From Octopus vulgaris (lineage: Eukaryota), in the NCBI GenBank assembly GCA_951406725.2, contig OX597817.1, positions 85,188,001-85,252,000 of the forward strand: DNA of 64,000 bases, read 5' to 3'. Below the pieces are notes generated by a model that ran no database searches, was not told the DNA's origin, and worked only from the letters and a program-made list of their open reading frames with translations. The first letter of the stretch is position 1; each line of letters begins with the position of its first letter. Of the stretch, positions 1 to 15,600 are shown piece by piece. A program made the position numbers and the translations under genes.

Positions 1-273
1 TGAGTGCCTCCTGTGCCGGTGGCACGTAAAAAGCACCATCCGAATGTGGTCGATGCCAGCCCCTCCCCATCCTGACTGGCTCCCATGCAGGTGGCACATA
101 AAAAGCACCCACTACACTCTCGGAGTGGTTGGTGTTAGGAAGGGCATCAAGCTGTAGAAACATTGCTAGATCAGACTGGAGTCTGGTGCAGCCTCCTGGG
201 TTGCTAGTCCCCAGTCAAACCATCCAACCCATGCCAGCATGGAAGATGGACGTTAAATGGTGATGATGATGAT
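1..273 (+). mobile_element. RTE-type LINE 3' end (5'-truncated tail), cut by window edge
   Basis: Modules GTGCCGGTGGCACGTAAAAAGCACC, then GGAGTGGTTGG.GTTAGGAAGGGCATC.AGCTGTAGAAAC and terminal GGACGTTAAA..(GAT)n; same tail recurs at 4254, 25853, 56880 and 63164. Confidence 0.75.
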
Positions 274-282
274 ATATATATC

Positions 283-748
283 TGTAAAGAATAATAACAG
301 TATTTTTTATAAGCTTAAAACTTATAGCGATCACTGTGCAAATGACTAAGGAAAGTAGTCTAATAATGGAGCATATAAGCCCTTAACAGAAAAAAGTAGG
401 CTTTCCCGTATGCATGGGACTCAAATCCACATCCCTTTCATAACACGACTAAGTGTGTTATTGATTACACCAGTGAACCAGCCTGCTCCTTTCTGTCAAA
501 TTTAAGAACTATATTAGTTCATAGTTGTTTTTGTAAACAAACTTTATGTGCTTTCAGTGCAAATGGTTTGTTAAGCATGGTCGAGTTTTCAATCCTGTAA
601 ATAATAATAACGGTATTTTTTATTTGCTTATAGCTTATAGCGATCACCATGCAAATGACTAAGAAAAATAGTCTAATAATGGGGCAGATAAGTCCTCCAC
701 AGAAAAAAGTAGACTTTCCCATACACATGGGATTCGAACCCACATCCA
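283..748 (-). repeat. Diverged direct tandem repeat (~313-bp period, ~1.5 copies) with tRNA-like head on minus strand
   Basis: 283-433 and 596-747 align (AATAATAAC.GTATTTTTTAT...CTTATAGCGATCAC...GCAAATGACTAAG...CAGAAAAAAGTAG). The minus strand shows B-box-like GTGGGTTCGAATCCCATG (~726-743) and A-box-like CTGGTGTAATC (~463-473). Confidence 0.6.
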
Positions 749-1641
749 CGCATGGATGTTGTTGGTATTCTAATGTAGTTGGTATTCAGAAGGTCGTTCA
801 GCCATAGAAACCAAACCATGCTAAAGCAGACATTGGAGTTTGACACAATACCATCCAACCCATTTCAGCATGAATCAAAAATGTTAAATGCTGCTGCTGC
901 TGACGATGATGATCTATGAAGGACTACTCCCATCTCATTGGCTTATGACACATCCACTACTCTTCACCACACACTGCAGTCTTGTATGGCCGTACACTCT
1001 GCCAAGATCCTTAACATATCCAATTCTTGAAGTCATCACTCTGTCTTTGTTACTTGCAAACTCATTGTCTATCCATCCAGCCAATGTTGATACATGTACA
1101 GAGGTTCTGGGCCTTGATAATATTGTCAAACATTACAGTTTTTGCCATCTGACCATCATCAGTACTATTATTTCTTCTTAGACTGAATCACTCTGGGAAC
1201 CCAACTGATCTACATCACCCATCTGTAGTACATCATCTTGAACACCATCAGTCATTTGCTGCCAGCCTCCCTCAGGGCTCATGCTTCACATCCATGCAAG
1301 GCTATTAACTAAATCAGCATTCTAGAAGTTTCAGCTTGATGCTTCTGGTGAGGGTGTAGTATCTCCTTATTGTACTGTGTAGCATCAGGGATGGTTTGTC
1401 TTGCATCAAATCTGCCTCTGTTTTTGTGACGGAAGTGTTTGGTCAACCATGGAAAACATGTACATGAGCTTGTCATGTGTGAAAGTGTGACTCTTTAGTT
1501 TTGTATAGTAAGTTGCTCCAGTTCCCTCATGGCTCCCATGATATTACACACACACACACACAGGCACAAACACATAAAGATACATATATATATATATATA
1601 TTTATATTATATTATACATATATACATACATATATATATGT

Positions 1642-1947
1642 GGAGGCGCAATGGCCCAGTGGTTAGGGCAGTGGTCTTGCAGTCGTAGGATTGCAGTTTC
1701 GATTCCCAGACCGACCATTGTGAGTGTTTATTGAGCGAAAACACCTAAAGCTCCACGAGGCTCCGGTAGTGGGTGGTGCTGATCCCTGCTGTACTCTTTC
1801 ACCACAACTTTCTCTCACTCTTTCTTCTGTTGGCCTGCTCGCTTAGCCAGCGGGGTGGCGTCATTTGAAGGCTAAAACAATGTGAAGCACATTGTGACCA
1901 GCGATGTGTAGCAACATCTGATAGCCTGGTCGGTCACAGTGATCATG

Positions 1948-1951
<4 letters not shown>
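1642..1951 (+). mobile_element. tRNA-derived SINE, family A
   Basis: Head GGAGGCGCAATGGCCCAGTGGTTAGGGCA (A box) ... GTTTCGATTCCCAGACCG (B box). Flanked by TA repeats; homologous copies at 36808 (-) and 61702 (+). Confidence 0.8.
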
Positions 1952-1977
<26 letters not shown>

Positions 1978-1981
<4 letters not shown>

Positions 1982-2290
1982 GTTGTGGAATAATTCATGA
2001 GCGTTTTTTTCAAATTTATTTTAAACAAAAAAATTACAATAAATTTATCAATGATATACTCTCTATTGTTGAATACATCTTCCTCTCATCGTTCAATACG
2101 TTTTTCGATGTCTCGGCAATAGATATCTCCCAGTCTTGACTCAAATAATTCGTCCAACCAAGCCCTCAATTCCATGTCCATTACTGAATGATACACCACA
2201 CAAAGCGTTTGAAAGTAAACAAAAGAGATGAAAATCTGATGCACCAAGTCTGGAGGGTATGGAGGATGGGCAACACTTCCCATTTGTGTT
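1978..2290 (-). mobile_element. Mariner transposase C-terminal relic with right TIR
   Basis: Minus-strand HPPYPPDL matches the mariner YSPDL motif, followed by [11 protein letters not shown]...[12 protein letters not shown]-like TTGTGTTGTGGAATAATTCATGAGCGTTTT lies next to a TA dinucleotide. Confidence 0.7.
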
Positions 2291-2309
2291 CTTGAATCAT
2301 GGCTTTGGA

Positions 2310-4253
<1,944 letters not shown>

Positions 4254-4433
4254 TGGCACGTAAAAAGCACCCACTACACTCGCAGAGTGGTTGGCGTTAG
4301 GAAGGGCATCCAGCTGTAGAAACTCTGCCAGATCAGACTGGAACCTGGTGCAGCCCCTGGCTTCCCAGACCCCGGTCGAACCGTCCAACCTGTGTTAGCG
4401 CGGAAAACGGACGTTAAACGATGATGATGATGA
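4254..4433 (+). mobile_element. RTE-type LINE 3' tail (well preserved)
   Basis: TGGCACGTAAAAAGCACCCACTACACTC...CGGACGTTAAACGATGATGATG with CpGs retained. Confidence 0.8.
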
Positions 4434-4857
4434 TATATATATATCAGAGGCTCTCTTCAAATGAATCCCCATGATATATGTACATAGTCTTCTACTATAT
4501 CATAGTGCTGACCAAAGCCTTGTGAGTAGACTTGGCAGATGGAAACTGAAAGAAGACCGTATTTATGTATGTATGTTTGTATGCTCATATACATATATAT
4601 ATATATATGTACATGTGTGTGTATATAAGCATGAATACACACACACACATCTGTTTTCCATATTGGCACAGGTTGGACAACACACACACACACACACTAC
4701 ATATACATATACAACATTGTAATGTATAAACGTAAATTATGTTAAAAATATATTTTACATTTTGCAAACATTATCTGAGATAGCATTCAATGTGCTAGGT
4801 ATGGAGATAAGATACTTGCAGGCATGGGCAATTCTAGCCTTTGACAAAAATGTGAAA

Positions 4858-5090
4858 GTGGAAGTGTATGGCTTATTGCTCAGATTGTTGGACTTGTTAT
4901 TGTAAGATTGTTGCTTCCATTTCTAAATCAGGCAATGTGTTGTGTTCTAGAGCAAAAGACTTTATTTCATGTTAACCCAGTTCACTCAACTGGCGAAAAT
5001 GAGATTGGTATCCCATCCAGTGGGAGATATTTACACCGCAGAATCTGGGAAACTGGCCTTATGAATCTATGACTCAGGAAGGAGTTTTAT
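4858..5090 (+). mobile_element. Degenerate tRNA-derived SINE
   Basis: Decayed tRNA-like head followed by GTGTTGTGTTCTAGAGCAAAAGACTTTATTTCA...CCAGTTCACTCAACTG, which resembles a CORE-like SINE domain. Confidence 0.4.
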
Positions 5091-5957
5091 GCTTTACAGA
5101 AACATCTTGCACAGTCCTGCTCTTGGTAAAGAAAATCTACAGTTGTAAAAAGTCATGATTGAAGAAAATCTAGTTAGATTTCTTTACAATATTAATGTTA
5201 TATTTTATTTTTATCTCTACTCTGTATTTTGCTTGATATATTTTGCAGCACAATCCTATCATGGATAAGGATGTTGAATCACTGTGGATCTGAGTTTACT
5301 CTTAGCCTAGCCCCTGAAGAAAATATAAATCATTGAAAATATAGTGCAAAACAGATATTTAAAAGATGAGGTCAATAGAATAGAAAATCTATATTACTGA
5401 AGCAAATAACACATCAGAACAGGAATAGATGGAACAGATTTAAAAATAGACATAAATTTAATTTGAAAAATTGGCAATGATTTAATAATTCAATGTTTAT
5501 AGGATCTTGCACAAAGCTATATCATTAGTTTCATGATTATATCTCCTCAATTAGTAATTCTATAATTTTCTTGTTGCTTTTATTGGTGAAACTCCTTTCA
5601 AGTTCACCTTAAGTTTTCTATATTGTCACCATTTACTCTTTTTTTTTTTCTTGAAATTCATATTTTGTTAGATTTATATCATTTTTGGAAACAAAACATC
5701 AACATGAAATGTTGCTCAGAAATATTTGAAATTACATATAATTATTAGGCACAAATAAAGTTTGTTTTTTTTATTTCAAGAATTATAATTATTGAAAATT
5801 TTTAAATATATTTATCTATTTTTGCTAAACTCATGCAAAGTTTTTAAATATTTCTTGTAAATTTTCATGTTTGTAATGTTGCAGATTCAATTTAAAAATC
5901 TAAATCTTTTTGGAAATGTTATCTTTGTTTTAAATTTTTTGAATGGATTTCAGTATA

Positions 5958-6165
5958 TCATCATCATCATTTAATGTCCATGTGCCATGCTGGCATGAGT
6001 TGGACTGTTTGACTGGATCCAGCAAGGTGCAGGACCGTACTGAGCTCCAATGCCAGCTTTAACATGGTTCCTGCAGCTGGATATTCTTCCTAACACCAAC
6101 CACTTTATAGTGTGAATTGGGTGCTTTTTTTTTATGACACTGGCACTAGTGAGGTCACCAAGAAA
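5958..6165 (-). mobile_element. Degenerate RTE-type 3' tail
   Basis: (CAT)n-TTAATGTCC...CATGCTGGCATG.GTTGGAC...AGCTGGAT..TCTTCCTAAC.CCAACCAC is the reverse complement of the tail family. Confidence 0.6.
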
Positions 6166-7134
6166 CTTGGAAGAGAAGAAAAGGAAAAGCCCTCTCAGCT
6201 TAATGGAGGGTTGGTATTTGAGAAAGATGTTGGCTCTGTACCAGATGTCAGGAGGCTAAAGTATGGTAGCAAGACCAACACAGGTGTCTTGCTACAGAGA
6301 CAATACTTGTTCCATAAGGGTGGTTCGGAATTGTTGAAAAGAAGATAGGTGGTTAGGAATTGCTGGAAAGGAGATTGAAATGCCAGAATATCTCAAGACA
6401 AGAAGGTAGGTATAAGAAGGAAAGTGGACAGTGATAATTTCATAAGAACATTAGAGAAGGAAAACAGATGGTTAGAAATGGGGATGTCTTGTAGTTAGTC
6501 ATGAACGAGGGTAGAGGTGTAAAATATCAGTATGGAGGGGTTAAGTTCAAATGAGGGAGACAGAAGTGTTTCAGGAAAGAGGATTGATGAAAAAGTAGAA
6601 GGATGGTGTGCAAGGTGATTTGCAGTGACAGAGATGCCAGTCAGAAGTACATAAGAGTCCATATAGTAAGTGAGGCAACAACGGTGGGGCAATATCAGTG
6701 GTTGATATAAAAGTGTGTAGAGAATGATAGCAAATATGAGAGGTGTTAAAGACAAGGTACAGTAGGTCTAAGATGTAGCTTAGAGGAGAGGAGATAACTG
6801 AAGGCATATAAACTGTGTGTGAAGGGATGATAATGTGAATGAGGGATGGATGTTAATAAGAAGGGGGTCCAGCCGGGAGGAGGCAACTGGTAACTTAAAA
6901 CAGTGAGTGAGATGAAATATGTACCAATTCTGCTCTCAAGTGATTATATCTGTTGAGTAGTACCATAAGTAGAAGAGTTATGGAAAGATATGTGTCAGGA
7001 GGATGAGATGTATAGAATGCTTGATGGAGCAGATTGGGTGCAGGGGCAGGGCCCAGCATGTACAGGCATAAACAAAATACTGTTAGGATCTAATTTTCTA
7101 CATGATAGATGGATCTCCTCAAGCACAACAATTT

Positions 7135-7536
7135 ACCAATCATCTCAGTCCTTTATCATCTCCACCATGAGGCTCAACATCTTGAAATCAGTCTTCACTA
7201 TTTCATCTTAGTTTCCTAGGTCTCCTTCTTCCACAGGTGGCTGGCACTTCTTTATGCAGGTGTCCTCATCCATACACATCACATGGCCAAACCAGTACAG
7301 TCTTCTCTTTTTCACGCATCTAATTCCTCTTATGTTTAATTTTTTGTCAACACATTTATACTTTGTTGAACATGCACATTGGTATTACACATCTATTATA
7401 GCATACTTTCTTCATTTCTCCTCTAGTCTTTTTATATCCTCAGTGGCTAAGGCCCATGTCTCACTCATATATAGCATTGCTGTCCATCCACAAGTATCAT
7501 GTTTGTCTGCTTTTTACTCTGAGAAACAGAAGTAGA

Positions 7537-7584
<48 letters not shown>

Positions 7585-7995
7585 TTGATGCTAATAGAAA
7601 TAATAACTCTCTGAACTTTCTCCAGCCTATTCTTATTCTAACAACTATACATTTAGAGCATTATCTTCTACTGCTAATTAGGTCACCTAACTAACAGAAA
7701 CTATTTAGAGAGCCTCCAGTGCATTTGAGAAAATCTAATTGCCATGTATCCTAAGTCTTTATTGCTCCTGCACATCTTCCCCATACAAAGTCTAACTTTC
7801 ACTGTTAACTTCCCGTGATTTTACTGTGTCTCTTGTGCATCCATAGCTTGCATAGTTCCATCCTATATCTTCCCTACATATCAAGCAGGTTCAATTATCT
7901 GGTATAAGTTAACTTTAAGGCCCTTTACTTCTAAATTTTGCTTCCACATATGGAATTTCTTTTCTAATTCTACTACAACTTCTGTTTTGGTAAAA
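7135..7995 (-). pseudogene. RTE LINE ORF relics (RT C-terminal region), interrupted by (GA)n
   Basis: Minus-strand ELEKKFHMWKQNLEVKGLKVN (~7905-7980) and DEIVKTDFKMLSL (~7160-7208), typical of RTE ORF ends; stops and frameshifts present. Confidence 0.6.
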
Positions 7996-8454
7996 AACTA
8001 ATTTTAATTTACTTTCTTTGTATACTGTCCCAGTATAGAAGCTATATAATTTAAATTGATTTGACTTAATAGAACTTTATATAACAAGTTGTGTTGAACA
8101 GTTTTGAATTGAATGGATAACAGAAAGAGACTAGTTAGAATATGTAATAAAAAGAAGACATTTTAAAAGTGTAGTGCAAATTTGAGGTAGAAAGTTGTGT
8201 AATAATTGATGTAAGTAATATGAGGAAACAGCTATTTCATTTGGACCAAAGAAGAGAGCATAAAATATACTAGTTAAGGTTTATGCAAGTCATGATAAAA
8301 AATGCCCATAGAAAAGAAATTTAAACTCTATACATTTGGCTGTTTATTTCATTTCTATAGCAAGGAAAAGGATCTTCTTACCAAGAATCCATTTTCTTTT
8401 CTTTTCATTGACGAAATGAAATGAATGAATGTGTGTGTGTGTGTGTGTGTGTGA

Positions 8455-10380
8455 GCCACCTCAAAAACTTGGTGTCTCTCCTCACCGCTGAAGCCAGGTG
8501 TCATCAGCTGAGTGTAATTATGGCTCTTATGGTTCAGTCATGGTGCTCTGGACCCTTATTCTCAAAGCCTTTTCTTTTCAGCCTTCCTAATTGCTCTCAA
8601 GAAGAAGGACGGTGGCATACAACCCATCATAGTGGTCAACATCTTCTAGAGGCTTGTCACCAATATCATCTGTAGATCTGTTGCATCTGAACTAGGTAAG
8701 GAACTCATCCTGGTGCAGCTGGGGATTGGTGTAGCCAGCGAGTGAAAGGGAGCTGCTGGACAGTTCTTCAATGATTATTCTCCTGAATGGACATTGAGGC
8801 ACCTCATTGTCAAGTTTGACATGAAAAATACTTTCAACTATCTGCACTATGATCACCTGCTCAATGTCTTCCTCAGCTATACTCCATTTGCCTACCTGCA
8901 TGCTTACTTATCACACAGGTCTCTAAGCATGCTCCTCACTGTGGAGAAGGTCATACTATCTTTAACTGGTGTTCAACAGGGTAATCCATTGGTCCCCTTC
9001 CTTACCATTCTTGGGATGGACAGTGATGCTCAAAGCACCATGGCTCCCTTCAACATATGGTACCATGCACCAATAGGTGGGCCTGAAGAGAGTATCAGCT
9101 ATGATTTGCAATCAGTGATTCCTGTCTGGTAAGGATTGGTTTCCGGATTAATTCATCCACATTGGCAGTTGTGAATGTCAATGAAAATGCAGAGGGCTTT
9201 GTTGCCTCTGTCTTGGATGTGCAATCATTACTTTGCCAGGTGGAGGTGACCTTGAAAGAGGACATCCTTATTCTTGGTTTGCTGATCCTCCTACCTGCCA
9301 GTTGCTCCACCCTCAAGTCCAAGCTTCATCAGCTCAAAACTCTGATGAGCAGAGTGAGTGTGATCAATGCCCATCTGCATTCTTCATGTTAAGGAAATGC
9401 TTCAGCGCACCAAAGTTTCTGTATACCTTCCACAGTGTCCCTTTCTATAGCCACTCATCTCTCCTCACAGACTTTGATGCCTGCGTCCAACAGGCTTCCA
9501 AAAATACGTGCAACATCCAGCTTCACAACATAATTGAGCCTACTGTGATGAGGGAGCATGAGGAGGCCTACGTGACATGGAGCCAACTCATCCTCTGCCC
9601 TCCGGATGTCCATCCTCCTTTCGCCTTGTAGACATCTGCTCCCACAAAACAAATAGGATGCCATCCAGTGCAGTATGATCTGGAATGATGGGCTGGTATG
9701 CCAACTTGACCAGCACCATCTGATATGTTTCGGCTTGGCCTCCCAGCTCTCAGCAATGCCTGACTCAACACAGTGCCATCACCCTCAACTGGCACACAAC
9801 TTGATAATGGTTCTTTGTGCATTGGTGTTTCCCTGAGGCTTGCCCTCCAAATCTGTGAGCCTCACAAATGTCATTATGGATTCACTGTGGATTCTTTTAG
9901 CCTTCACCTATTGTCATGTTATCACAGTGCCTTCTATGCCATGCTGCTCACAGTGAGATCATAAATCATGGTCTAGATGCTGCAGGCTTCTTTTCCCAGC
10001 TTGAGTCAGTGAAGCTAGCTTAAGGCCAGAGAGCATGACAATGTTCCTTTTCTACATGGTAGGCCCCTCATTTGTAATGCCACATGCTGTGATACCTTCT
10101 TTGGAAACTTAGTGTGTTCAGTTGTCAGCCCAAGTTTTGCTGTTTGTAAGGTCAAGAAGGGTAAACTATCAAAGTATCAGCCACTCTTTGACAGATTTGT
10201 GGTCAAGCCTGTGGAAGTGCTGACCTCTAGCATTCTTGATCCCTGACATTCTGGCTTACCACAGTTGGAGTTGAGATGGCTATCCACAAGTGTGAGCCCC
10301 TGAGTCAGAGTAGCTGTTTAAGAGCACTTCCCTCGCCATCTTCCAGGGCCTTTCTATTTTGTCCACTGGCACCATAAAGT
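8455..10380 (+). pseudogene. Degenerate CRE-clade-like non-LTR retrotransposon (RT plus restriction-like endonuclease)
   Basis: Ordered fragments QLGIG, VKFDMKNTFN, TGVQQGNPL, AFFMLRKCFSAPKFLY, LDNGSLCIGVSLRL..C.PHKC...HLLSC and KLSKY...KPVEV match the RT, CCHC and REL layout; many stops and frameshifts. Confidence 0.7.
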
Positions 10381-11452
10381 GGACTGATAATCCTTTTTAA
10401 ATATTATAAGATCTATTTCCTATCAAGGAAATGACTACAGCTCCCCTTATAATTCTACAGTGATGCCAGTTTATCAAAAAAAATTTTTTTGTGTCAAGTT
10501 TACATTTTTTTCTTTGTGTGACAAATTTAACCCCCTTCCCCCACACATAACATTTTTATAGACTTATTTTGTTCAGTTTTTTTTTTTACATTTCAACTAT
10601 AGAGTCTTTAATATTCATACACAGCTGCTATTTCAATCTAGTTGGATATCTTCAGTATGAAGTAATCAAGTACCATCATCATTAGTGACTATTAATTACA
10701 TTGTATTACACTACATTAAATTATTTATTGCATAGGAGACACAGGCGAGGTCTATAATGAGAACATCTCCCCAGGAGAAAATCATCATTACTCATATTGT
10801 TCATAGTTTATTAGTAGTAGTAGAGAGAGAGAGAGAAGGAGAAAAAATTGTTATGTTAGTAAAATAATAAGTTAAAGCAGAATAGTCAGTGCAGATAGTT
10901 TAACAATTAAAGATTAAAAAAAAAAATTACACCATTCCTTATCAAGTCTATACATTTATATTTTATCAATATAATTTTGTATATTAGAATTCCAGTCAGC
11001 TTCTTGCCCATTCCAGTGGTAAGAGATGAACTCCAAAATGATTTCTATTTTTATTATCTCTCATATTTTAGATTTGGTGATTAATAATTTCTTCTCATAA
11101 CTGAATTATTTATTTACTAAGTCAAAATTTTATTTTGAATGTTTATTTATAATGTTAAAAAAAAATAAAGATACTAGAAATGTATGTAGCTTACATATGT
11201 AGTGAGGCAATCTTTTAATATTGGAACTGTTTATGAGAACTGGAAGTGGAAGGCAATTTCTCCTAAAATACATAACTTTTACAATGTGTTACCATTAAAT
11301 GTTACCAAATTATCAACTTCCAACTTCCATTGGAAGAAATAACAGAAATCTTCAACAATGTTGGAAGTAGACACTTGATAGAATAATGTTGACTAAATTT
11401 GGCTTTAAAGTATGCAGAAGAACAGAAAATAATGTTTGTTCTCAGTATTCTA

Positions 11453-11483
<31 letters not shown>

Positions 11484-12519
11484 CAGTGCTTGTATTATTA
11501 GTGGGGTTGCTTCTAAAAGAGAGCATTTGCTTAAAATGTCAAGACCTCATCCAAAAGAAAAAAATATATATATATCAAACCTTACATCTTTCTACTTGAA
11601 TTCAGCTCTTCTAAATATCTCCTTTAAAACTACTTTTATCTTTGAACATAACCATTTAGTGATCGTTACTGAAAAAAAGATATCCCAAATTATGGTTGCA
11701 AAATCATGACTAACAGCCATTTGGTAACTTAAATTATATCAAAAGAGAACTGAGATCTCTTATTTTACAAGCTATAGCAGTATTCTGAAACAATACTTAT
11801 ATTGATTAACAGAGCAGGAGCTATGAATAATAAATATTTTGTCATCATTATCATCTTCATAATAATGTATAGGTTAGTAAAAGATTGTGAAAGGAGAGAA
11901 AGTTAATCTGAAAGATAATGGATTCTCCAGGGGTACCACAGTTAATTGTATAAAGAATAGAAATATATTTCTTTTGCCAATACTGCAGACAATGTTACCT
12001 GTTCATACCAATTTAATCCACTTGCCTCTCCTCATCTAATCCTCCTTACCTTCCCTCATCAAATCCCATTATATCTATATTTCCCAAATCTTCCTTTCCA
12101 GAACTACAGGTCACTTCCAACTCACAATTTCCCAACTGCTCCTGATTATATTAATATCATATGGTTGCAAGTCTTAGAAATGCTATAAACACAATTCCAC
12201 CTTCTTTAGACTACGCAGTATAATAAAAAAAGATGAGGAGGAGGCTTCAAACTTCATTGATTCTAAGTGAAATCTATGAAACATGCAGGAAAAATGTTTC
12301 CAACCGGAGATCTGCATACTGCTTATGGTTGTCCTTCCTTTTTGATGGATGGCTATGTTCTCCTTCAATAGGGGGTTGGTCCTTCTGAAAGTGTGTCTCA
12401 TTTTCAAGCAGAGAAACTCTACTCGCCATGCCAAATATCATTCTATCTCACTCACTGCCATCAGTGACAGAGATAGCCATTACTAATAACCTTTACCTCC
12501 TTAATGATCATAGATTCAC

Positions 12520-12900
12520 TATAGCAGGATCAAACAGAGACCTTCTACACCATCATCTATCAAGTCTGCTGTGCTCTACATTTTGGTTTTTATCCTCCAC
12601 AATCTTATATATCCTATATATCAACAGTTATGTGCTCTTACCCCCAACAACACTGATTTCTATGCAGCTTGCAACACTTTTCATTCTTTCCTAACTGTCT
12701 GCACCTAAAGTACCATCAACATATATTCTTGTTACCTCACAGGAAACCTACATGAATTTCATGAACAGCAACATCAAAAACATCCTCCAAAGGGTCATGC
12801 CAATATTGTCTCTTTCAACAACACAAACTTACAATCACTAAACACCATGTGAAAACATTATTGTCCACTCTCATGCAACTAAAACCCTTATGGTCACTAT
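12520..12900 (+). pseudogene. Possible highly decayed Penelope-like RT C-terminal relic
   Basis: Weak matches (SSIKSAVLY; TYMNFMNSNIKNILQR; ENIIVHS) to the Penelope region between RT and GIY-YIG. Confidence 0.3.
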
Positions 12901-14759
12901 AAATGTTAGGCATTACTGCCTTTGAAGATCTGTCCTAGTGGACACACATCTTCAGGGTAGCAAAACCTGTGCCACAAAAACTGGTCTTCTCTTTCAAAGC
13001 CAGAAAAAAACTTCAGCAAAAACAAACCCTCAATAGAGTTCAAGTGGAGTACTGCTCTCTCATCAACATTTGCTGCTATGCACAAACATCCTTGACCTCA
13101 TCCCTCACAAATGCTCCAGCCTCTGACCCACAAACATATTGTGTCCTTTCTTCGTCTTTTCTTCTACATCTACAGTAGAAAAGACAAAGAACTCCTTGGA
13201 GTAGGCTGATATTATATCACTTCCAATCAAACATTACTGACTCATTAGTCTTTTTTCTCATCACCACTGCTTCTATCACCACTTGAACTATCACAATTCA
13301 TCACCACTTGAACTTCAGGTTTCACATTAATCCTTCCACCCAGTCATTCCTCTCCAAAATATTGATTTTGGGGGGAATTCCTTCCCAGCACATGTTTTTT
13401 CTTGTGGTTATTAACTTACAATAGTTTAAAGGGAATGTTAAGCACATTGATCTCATTAGCTTTGGAGGGTCTCCAAAAATTGTTTTTGAGGTATATCTTG
13501 GAATCAGCAGAACCTACAAGTTGTTGTTTAACCATTGATCCATTCAGTTTTGATCCATTTTTCAATGTCATTCTTGGATTAGAGTGGCTTGTCAGTTTAG
13601 ACAATTACATATGTCTGAATATATTTTGCTATTGAATTTTTACACAATGTCAAACATTCTGAGAATATGATGTCTATTAGAAGAGCACACCAAAGTATCA
13701 GCAATGATATTCAATCTAATATGCAAATAAGGTGAGTTAGAGATATTGAGCTTTGCCCATTCAACTGTTACACACCATCAGTTTCTAAGAAAATCCAAGT
13801 TTAGAACAGTTTAACATTCTTATAGCAAGAGTAAAATTAGAGATTTCATAATCTGACCATTTATTGAATTGAAGAATCTGCCTTTTCTGGTTGCCTATGA
13901 TGACATGTTAACATAATTATATTTTCTTATGCAAATATAAAGAATACTCAAAGTACAATGTATTTTCTTGAGAAAGCTATTAAAATATTCATACCTCTTC
14001 AAACTATAAAAATTATGTATAAAATTCATCATATTTTAAACATTTTCTTTCATTTTTTTCTTCATTTCAAAATTTCCTTTTCTCACGTGATCTCTTATTT
14101 TTTATCTACATTTTCTTCTATCTTTTATGTTCAGTTACATAACTTTTAAATATTTTTGTGAGGGTTTTAAATTATTTCACTCTTATTTTATACTATATTT
14201 TTTGCATCTTTCTACTTCTTTTAATTTTATTTCAATGTAGAAAATGTCTTTCTAATTTTCTTATAATATTCATAAATTTTAAAATTCTGTTTGAAATATT
14301 TCCTTTTTCCAGTTGAAAATTTCAATTCATTTTTATATGCCAGTAAGCATCAATTACAATTTCAAGTTTAAAAAATTAAAACAAAGAAAGATTTTTTTAA
14401 ATATAAAAATATAGTTTAAATGCTCATATTAACAAATCATATTTCTCATTTATAATATAGTTTCACTACATATGAAATCACTGTTCAACTGATAAAATTA
14501 AAGATTTTATTGAACAAATAACAATTGTAAATCATTACAACTATGTAAAAATTTAGAAAGGCTAGGCTAAAATAATATCAAAACAATGGAATAGAGTTCA
14601 ATATGCATCAAGGAATAATAACTGATGGTATTTACTCTCAAGGCCATATAGGAATCACAGAATAATAGGCTATGTAGGAATCACAGACTAATTAGTTTGA
14701 CATTGTATTATAACAACAGACAGCTGCAGGTTAATTGAAATAAACATGTTATATTTTGT

Positions 14760-14930
14760 TGTTTTTGTTTAACACTGGGTCAGTATTGATTGAGTTGGCC
14801 AGCCTGTGTTTTAGCAGTACCTAGGAGTACATTGTCCAATGTAATCTTCCTCCTTTAAGACATTCAGGTGTGATTTGAGAAAATTAACTGCTATTTATTA
14901 TAATCAAGTGACTAAGAAGAGATTCTATCA
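14760..14930 (+). repeat. Unclassified dispersed repeat
   Basis: TACATTGTCCAATGTAATCTTCCTCCTTTAAGAC...GTGTGATTTGAG...CTGCTATTT is similar to 36103-36190. Confidence 0.45.
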
Positions 14931-15039
14931 TTTGTCATAAAAGGATTCAGTTGTAAATATATATTAATGTTTTGGAATTTAATCTTTATTGCAACGATTT
15001 GGCTCAAGCACTATTCTTATTAAGAATATGCCACTGCAC

Positions 15040-15600
15040 CACACCTCTTTGACACACAGCTAGAGCCCCTGCAGACACTCCAAATGCTAAGCCTCACTAT
15101 TACTCCCCTGGTAAAAGCACATCCTTATTGTTGCTAGGACCAAATGCCAAAGACTAGTTCTCTTTTGGACCAAAAGACATTTCAGCCATAATAGCTGCTG
15201 ATACTCTACAAGACTCAAGTGAGGCCCACATAGTACTGTATTGTGCCCACATATGGGATGGTGCTGCTACTACCCATACACCCTAGATCACATCTAAAGA
15301 AAACTATTTAGTGGATTGGCACCCCCTCACTAACAAACACACTCCACCCCCTGGCCCACTGGCATACTATCTCCTCTCTCAGTTTTTTCTGTTACTACTC
15401 TAATGACCTTTGTTCACAGAGCTGACTAATCTCATGCCTTCATCACTTGTCACTCCTCTTATCACACTTGGTGCATCCATTTCCACTCCCCAGCACTACC
15501 CACTATGGCCAATGTTTCCTTCCCAAAACATTACCCCTCTAAAACAACTTTCCTGCAGATGTTGAGCTGCATTAATTTAAAAAGAGCATTAATAGTAACA
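15040..15600 (+). pseudogene. Jockey/CR1-group LINE ORF2 C-terminal relic
   Basis: LYKTQVRP...IWDGAATTH..LDHI resembles the post-RT motif YKAQIRP.LEY.S.IW....LD.IQ. Confidence 0.5.

Noticed and set aside
1642-1715. tRNA gene (also at 45471, 57168 and 61702)
   Set aside because: The tRNA-like heads continue into shared SINE bodies, and I see no intact cloverleaf.
5249-5335. Possible + strand exon after a polypyrimidine tract and TTTTGCAG
   Set aside because: Only an acceptor-like motif, short frames and no homology; this is expected by chance in AT-rich DNA.
12924-12955. Hairpin TGAAGAT-C-TGTCC-TAGT-GGACA-CAC-ATCTTCA
   Set aside because: A single short imperfect stem within decayed sequence, too short for a pre-miRNA and compatible with chance.
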